Shown: positions 59,930-64,000 of the stretch, in pieces | How positions within the stretch are numbered: position 1 is the stretch's first letter | How the letters are laid out: each line of letters begins with the position of its first letter | Assembly (NCBI GenBank): GCA_965197475.1 | Contig: CBDANF010000003.1 | Coordinates: 2,976,001-3,040,000, forward strand | Reading direction: 5' to 3' | Source of the DNA: Candidatus Poribacteria bacterium | GTDB taxonomy: Bacteria > Poribacteria > WGA-4E > WGA-3G | DNA: 64,000 nt | Notes under the pieces: generated by a model | The model's database searches: none | What the model was told of the DNA's origin: nothing | The model's input: the letters and a program-made list of their open reading frames with translations, nothing else | Position numbers and translations under genes: made by a program

Positions 59930-60268
59930 ATGCGAAACACACAACCACGAGACCTACAATTCTACCGAACTCCAAATGGCAGGGAACCTTTTAACGAATG
60001 GTATAGATCGATTCGAGATCCTAACACAAAATATAGAATTCAAATAAGACTTGAGCGGCTTAAAGATGGAAATCGTGGGGATTGCAGGTCTGTCGGTGAA
60101 GGAGTTTTTGAACTACGACTCCACTATGGATCTGGCTATCGGATTTACTTTGGTGAAGTACATCACATGGTTATTCTTGTCCTATGTGGAGGTGACAAGT
60201 CATCACAGCAGAGAGACATTGAACGCGCAAAGACTTATTGGTCAGAATACAAGGAAACACAAACATGA
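59930..60268 (+). CDS. RelE/ParE-superfamily addiction module killer toxin
   Basis: PFNEW, GN.GD.RSVGEGVFELR, GYRIYF and LCGGDKSSQQRDI. Confidence 0.92.
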   Translation: MRNTQPRDLQFYRTPNGREPFNEWYRSIRDPNTKYRIQIRLERLKDGNRGDCRSVGEGVFELRLHYGSGYRIYFGEVHHMVILVLCGGDKSSQQRDIERAKTYWSEYKETQT

Positions 60269-60606
60269 GAAAACTTCGAACCTTTCATGAGTTTTTAATG
60301 GAAGAACTTGCAAACCGAGAACATGCAATTGGTTATCTTGATGTAGCATTGGAAGAATATCAGGAAGATGGCGATACCTCCTTCTTTCTGAAAGGGATTA
60401 GAAATGTTGTAGAAGCGCAGGGCGGTTTTCCCGAGTTTGCCAAGCGAACCCACATGTCACCGGATGCCTTGCAGAAGATTCTTTCAAGTGATAAAGCACC
60501 GCATATTGACACACTCGGAACTATACTCAATGTACTTGGATGCCGACTTACGATTGAGCCGATACAAGCTGAAAAGTCTTGTTCTGAAATTGAAACTGAA
60601 AATTAG
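60265..60606 (+). CDS. Addiction module antidote (HTH antitoxin)
   Basis: YLDVALEE, VEAQGG...AKRT..S...L.K.LS...P...TL..IL..LG; ATGA overlap with the toxin. Confidence 0.88.
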   Translation: MRKLRTFHEFLMEELANREHAIGYLDVALEEYQEDGDTSFFLKGIRNVVEAQGGFPEFAKRTHMSPDALQKILSSDKAPHIDTLGTILNVLGCRLTIEPIQAEKSCSEIETEN

Positions 60607-60621
60607 AAGAAGGAAACCACA

Positions 60622-61674
60622 ATGAGAATACTTTTAACAATTCTATGTGTTATTCTCTCCTTTGTTGCTGACGCAAGGGCTAAAATTGTGTTTGAATCTA
60701 GTCAAGGCGAAAAACGTGGCGGCATCTTTGTTATGGATGATGATGGTGATAATATTACGCAACTCACCGAGGAACCTATCTTGGATACGGAACCACGTTG
60801 GTCGCCAGATGGGAAACGGATTGTTTTTGAAAGGGTGATAACACCAGACAAGCAATGGGGCGATCTCTTTATTATGGATGCAGATGGTGCAAATTTGCAT
60901 CAACTCACTGACCATCATGGACTGAATGCTTCCCCATCGTTTTCACCTGACGGAAAACGTATTGTTTTTACGAGCGATCTCAACAATAAGTTGGGTGTCT
61001 ACGTAATGGATCTTGACAGTAAGGCTATCAAAAAAATTGCTGACTTCCTCGCGAACTACCCTGATTGGTCTCCGGATGGGCATCATATTGTCTTTTCAGA
61101 TCAGGGTGTCAATATTTGGATAATGAATGCCGATGGTGGAAACGCGCGCCTACTCCTTCCTCCAATTCCTGAAGGAAGACGGATCAGGAGACAGGGACCG
61201 CGATGGTCACCAAACGGCAAACAGATTCTCTACAAGGAGGGTGAGTTTGAACTGGTCCAAATAGGTCCAGGAAAATGGAAATCTGTCCCTTTAGCGTATC
61301 GGTATATGATCTGCGATCTAAAGGGAAATAACATAAAACAACTGAAAATACCGAAGAATTGGAAACACGGTTCAATTGCCTGGATGGATAACGGTAAAGC
61401 TGTACTTTTCAGTGCCGATGCGGATTTTGATCCAGATCAACCAATTGGCCATCCAGATCGCACTTATGATTTCTATAAATATCATATTGCAACAAATAAG
61501 ATTACACGAATCACCATGCATTCGGAGAAATATATGGGGGGAGATTGGGTTAGCGGTGATCTCTCTGTCTCTCCTCAAGGAAAATTGCTAAGGCAATGGG
61601 GTGAATTGAAGACATTTTCGCAACACTTGAATGGAAGTAAACGTAACACAAATACCCCTGAACCGATACGATGA
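60622..61674 (+). CDS. Secreted TolB-like (PD40) beta-propeller with WGELK motif near the C-terminus
   Basis: Signal peptide, repeated P.WSPDG..IVF and SVSPQGKLLRQWGELK at 61564-61611. Confidence 0.85.
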   Translation: MRILLTILCVILSFVADARAKIVFESSQGEKRGGIFVMDDDGDNITQLTEEPILDTEPRWSPDGKRIVFERVITPDKQWGDLFIMDADGANLHQLTDHHGLNASPSFSPDGKRIVFTSDLNNKLGVYVMDLDSKAIKKIADFLANYPDWSPDGHHIVFSDQGVNIWIMNADGGNARLLLPPIPEGRRIRRQGPRWSPNGKQILYKEGEFELVQIGPGKWKSVPLAYRYMICDLKGNNIKQLKIPKNWKHGSIAWMDNGKAVLFSADADFDPDQPIGHPDRTYDFYKYHIATNKITRITMHSEKYMGGDWVSGDLSVSPQGKLLRQWGELKTFSQHLNGSKRNTNTPEPIR

Positions 61675-61769
61675 AAATGATTCACCTACGCTACTTAGGA
61701 CAAGATGTCGCATACCTAAGATGACATTAAATAGATACTAAACATCCCAATATTAGCGAAGGAAAAACT

Positions 61770-62252
61770 ATGACACCACCACAACACTTAGACATCCGAG
61801 TCAACCCCACCATCACACCTGACGAACTGTACAACTTCTATGAACGGAACGACATCTGCGAAGTTGGGTTCGGCAAAGAAGTGGCAGCGCGGATATTGGA
61901 ATTTCCACACCTGATAGTAGCTGCATACGCAGAGACAGAACTCGTCGGACTTGCACGCGCTACCTTTGACGGGCTTTCCGCACACATCATGGAATTTTCC
62001 GTTGACATTTGTTATCAAGGAGATAATCTGAAATACAATAACGGATCACTGATGGAATCAGATAATAGCGGTGTAGGAAACCTATTAGGAGAATACCTCC
62101 TGCGTGAATTAGAGCAAATGGGGATAACCTTCATCACAGGCTACATCGTTGCTAATTGCGAAGAGTCTTTTTACCGTTCAATTGGTTTTGATGAAAACGA
62201 AGGACATCTTGTCTATTACATTGACAAACGTCCTTATGTAACCGAATCCTAA
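61770..62252 (+). CDS. GNAT-like acetyltransferase
   Basis: LVGLARA..DG...I.EFSVD..YQG and FYRSIGF. Confidence 0.65.
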   Translation: MTPPQHLDIRVNPTITPDELYNFYERNDICEVGFGKEVAARILEFPHLIVAAYAETELVGLARATFDGLSAHIMEFSVDICYQGDNLKYNNGSLMESDNSGVGNLLGEYLLRELEQMGITFITGYIVANCEESFYRSIGFDENEGHLVYYIDKRPYVTES

Positions 62253-62290
62253 CAAGACGTTGAAGTTAACGTTGGAAAGGAGGCATTGTA

Positions 62291-62491
62291 ATGACGAAAT
62301 ATGAATATAAGATTATAAGAATTAGCCAGAAAGGATGGGGATTTAAATCTAGAACCATTCCTGACCTTGAAAGCACTCTTAATCGTGAGGCAAAAGAAGG
62401 GTGGCGACTGTGCGAAATTATCCAACCAGCTGCATCTTTCGGAGAATCTACAGCCGTGATCGTGATTTTTGAAAGAGTGTTAGAGGAATAG
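62291..62491 (+). CDS. DUF4177 family small protein
   Basis: YEYK...LN....EGWRL...IFER pattern; GGAGG RBS. Confidence 0.8.
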   Translation: MTKYEYKIIRISQKGWGFKSRTIPDLESTLNREAKEGWRLCEIIQPAASFGESTAVIVIFERVLEE

Positions 62492-62595
62492 ATGATTCCA
62501 GAGAGTCTTTTAGGTTAGCAGAGGCGATCATTTCCTATCAACACTGTCAATTGAGTTTACCACATTACTCAATAAATACGAAGGAGACCAGAACG

Positions 62596-63762
62596 ATGAA
62601 CAATTTACCACATTTTCCCGTGACTGTTGTAGGGAGCATGCCCCGCTCACGATCCGTGTCACAGGCATTGCGAAACAGACAAAAGGGACGCGTTACAGAT
62701 ATGGACTTTAACACTATTGCTGATGAAGCAGTGATCGAAAGTCTCAAATTGCAAGAAGAAAACGGAGTCAATATCGTGAGTGACGGCGAACAACGTAGGG
62801 ACAACTTTTATTCCTTTATCACTGAGTGTATTGATGGCATCCGCTTGATGACACTTGCGGAAATGCTTGACTATGTTGAAGATAAAGCCGCATTTGAACA
62901 ACTGCTGAACGCGCTTGATGTCCCCGCTTTTGCCCTAAAAAATCCGGTCGTTGATGGAAAGTTAAAACGCACCTCGTCCCTTGTGTTAAACGACTATCTT
63001 TTTCTCAAACAGCATACTACAAAACCTATCAAAGTCACACTTCCTGGTCCGTATCTTTTGACTCGCTCAATGTGGGTTAAGAAGCTATCCTATGAATTTT
63101 ATCCCGATAAAGAATCCTTAGGAGACGATGTTGTAGCGGTGCTACGTCAGGAATTGCATGAATTACAGGAGGCAGGTTGCGAATTTGTGCAATTTGATGA
63201 ACCAGTACTGACCGAAGTTGCTTTTACAGGACCACATGAAACGCACACGTTTATGTGTGCAGCTCTGTCCGAAAAGAGCAGTCCAGAGGAAGAACTCAAT
63301 TTCGCTGTTGAACTAATGAATCGCGTCGTTGAAGGAATAGATGTAAATATGAAAACGGCACTTCATGTCTGCCGTGGCAACTGGAGTCAACAGGAAGATG
63401 TCCTACTTCGCGGTTCTTACGATTTACTGATTCCCTATTTTAGCCAAATGAACGTCAATCAGTTTGTATTGGAATATGCTACAGAACGGGCTGGTAGCAT
63501 TGATGTTCTCGGTGAACTACCTCCAGACAAAGAGATAGGTCTTGGTGTAGTTGATCCCCGCACCACCGAGGTGGAATCCGTTGACTTCGTATTAGCCAAG
63601 GTTCGCACACTTCTAAAACATAGAAAACCAGAACAGATTTATCTTAATCCGGACTGTGGTTTCGGCACCTTCGCCGATCGTCCTGTAAATACAACAGAAA
63701 TCGCAGCGCAAAAACTTCAAGTAATCCATGAAGCAGCAAAGATTTTACGTACTGATGTATAA
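62596..63762 (+). CDS. Cobalamin-independent methionine synthase II (MetE C-terminal-like) family protein
   Basis: TVVGSMPR, DGEQRR, VQFDEP, HVCRGN, LEYA and NPDCGF; AAGGAG RBS before ATG 62596. Confidence 0.9.
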   Translation: MNNLPHFPVTVVGSMPRSRSVSQALRNRQKGRVTDMDFNTIADEAVIESLKLQEENGVNIVSDGEQRRDNFYSFITECIDGIRLMTLAEMLDYVEDKAAFEQLLNALDVPAFALKNPVVDGKLKRTSSLVLNDYLFLKQHTTKPIKVTLPGPYLLTRSMWVKKLSYEFYPDKESLGDDVVAVLRQELHELQEAGCEFVQFDEPVLTEVAFTGPHETHTFMCAALSEKSSPEEELNFAVELMNRVVEGIDVNMKTALHVCRGNWSQQEDVLLRGSYDLLIPYFSQMNVNQFVLEYATERAGSIDVLGELPPDKEIGLGVVDPRTTEVESVDFVLAKVRTLLKHRKPEQIYLNPDCGFGTFADRPVNTTEIAAQKLQVIHEAAKILRTDV

Positions 63763-63928
63763 GGGTTTGTGCAAAATTTTTACTATCTTTTTTTACTGTG
63801 ACCTCTCTATAAGGTCAAAAGCGTTCACAGATTCCCCGCTTGTTTTTTCTATGCGTTTATGCTATAATTCGGTCAATTGAAGTAGGGGAGCTAATTCAAC
63901 ATATCCGCAAAGCGAAGGAGACGAAAAT

Positions 63929-64000
63929 TTGATAAATCTATTTGGAGCAGCCTATGATAGGATACAACTGCTTCGCCACTTGGGAAACATCTCACAAGTA
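63929..64000 (+). CDS. Start of a probable DUF4432/aldose-1-epimerase-like protein (truncated by window edge)
   Basis: AAGGAG RBS, TTG start, (M)INLFGAAYDRIQLLRHLGNISQV; only 24 codons visible. Confidence 0.4.
   Translation, partial: MINLFGAAYDRIQLLRHLGNISQV

Noticed and set aside
62492-62595. SAM or cobalamin riboswitch before the metE-like gene
   Set aside because: No recognisable consensus in the short leader.

Overview
Bacterial chromosome window of roughly 42% GC (estimated by eye). The gene repertoire looks like Candidatus Poribacteria, a sponge symbiont: several PhyH dioxygenases, FGE/SUMF1 proteins, a sulfatase-fold enzyme and secreted WD40/LRR/PD40 proteins. That assignment is inference only. 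Core functions are modABC, MoxR, DUF58, an SbcC/Rad50-like ATPase, purQ/purL, a MetE-like enzyme and a tRNA-Gly/Cys/Val operon. Accessory content includes a decayed IS5-family element, an IS1595 transposase, EcoRV-like Type II and Type ISP restriction-modification systems, two toxin-antitoxin pairs, Fic and Uma2 genes, and REP/MITE repeats. The four most notable observations follow. (1) An integrase-free tandem cassette array at 49.9-56.7 kb, in which each WD40-metalloprotease-LRR gene is followed by a 114-bp copy of the 3' end of the upstream TIM-barrel gene; the adjacent Type ISP gene shows a similar 3'-end duplication. (2) A shared C-terminal motif, VxxxGKxxxxWxxLK, on five secreted proteins with different domains, a candidate sorting signal, with a PorV-like beta-barrel gene in the same window. 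(3) A compact, probably pseudoknotted RNA (10213-10292) directly after a sigma70-like promoter and before a 43-aa ORF next to IS1595. (4) A UvrD-like helicase with an inserted GIY-YIG nuclease domain. Several frameshifts lie in homopolymers and may be sequencing errors.
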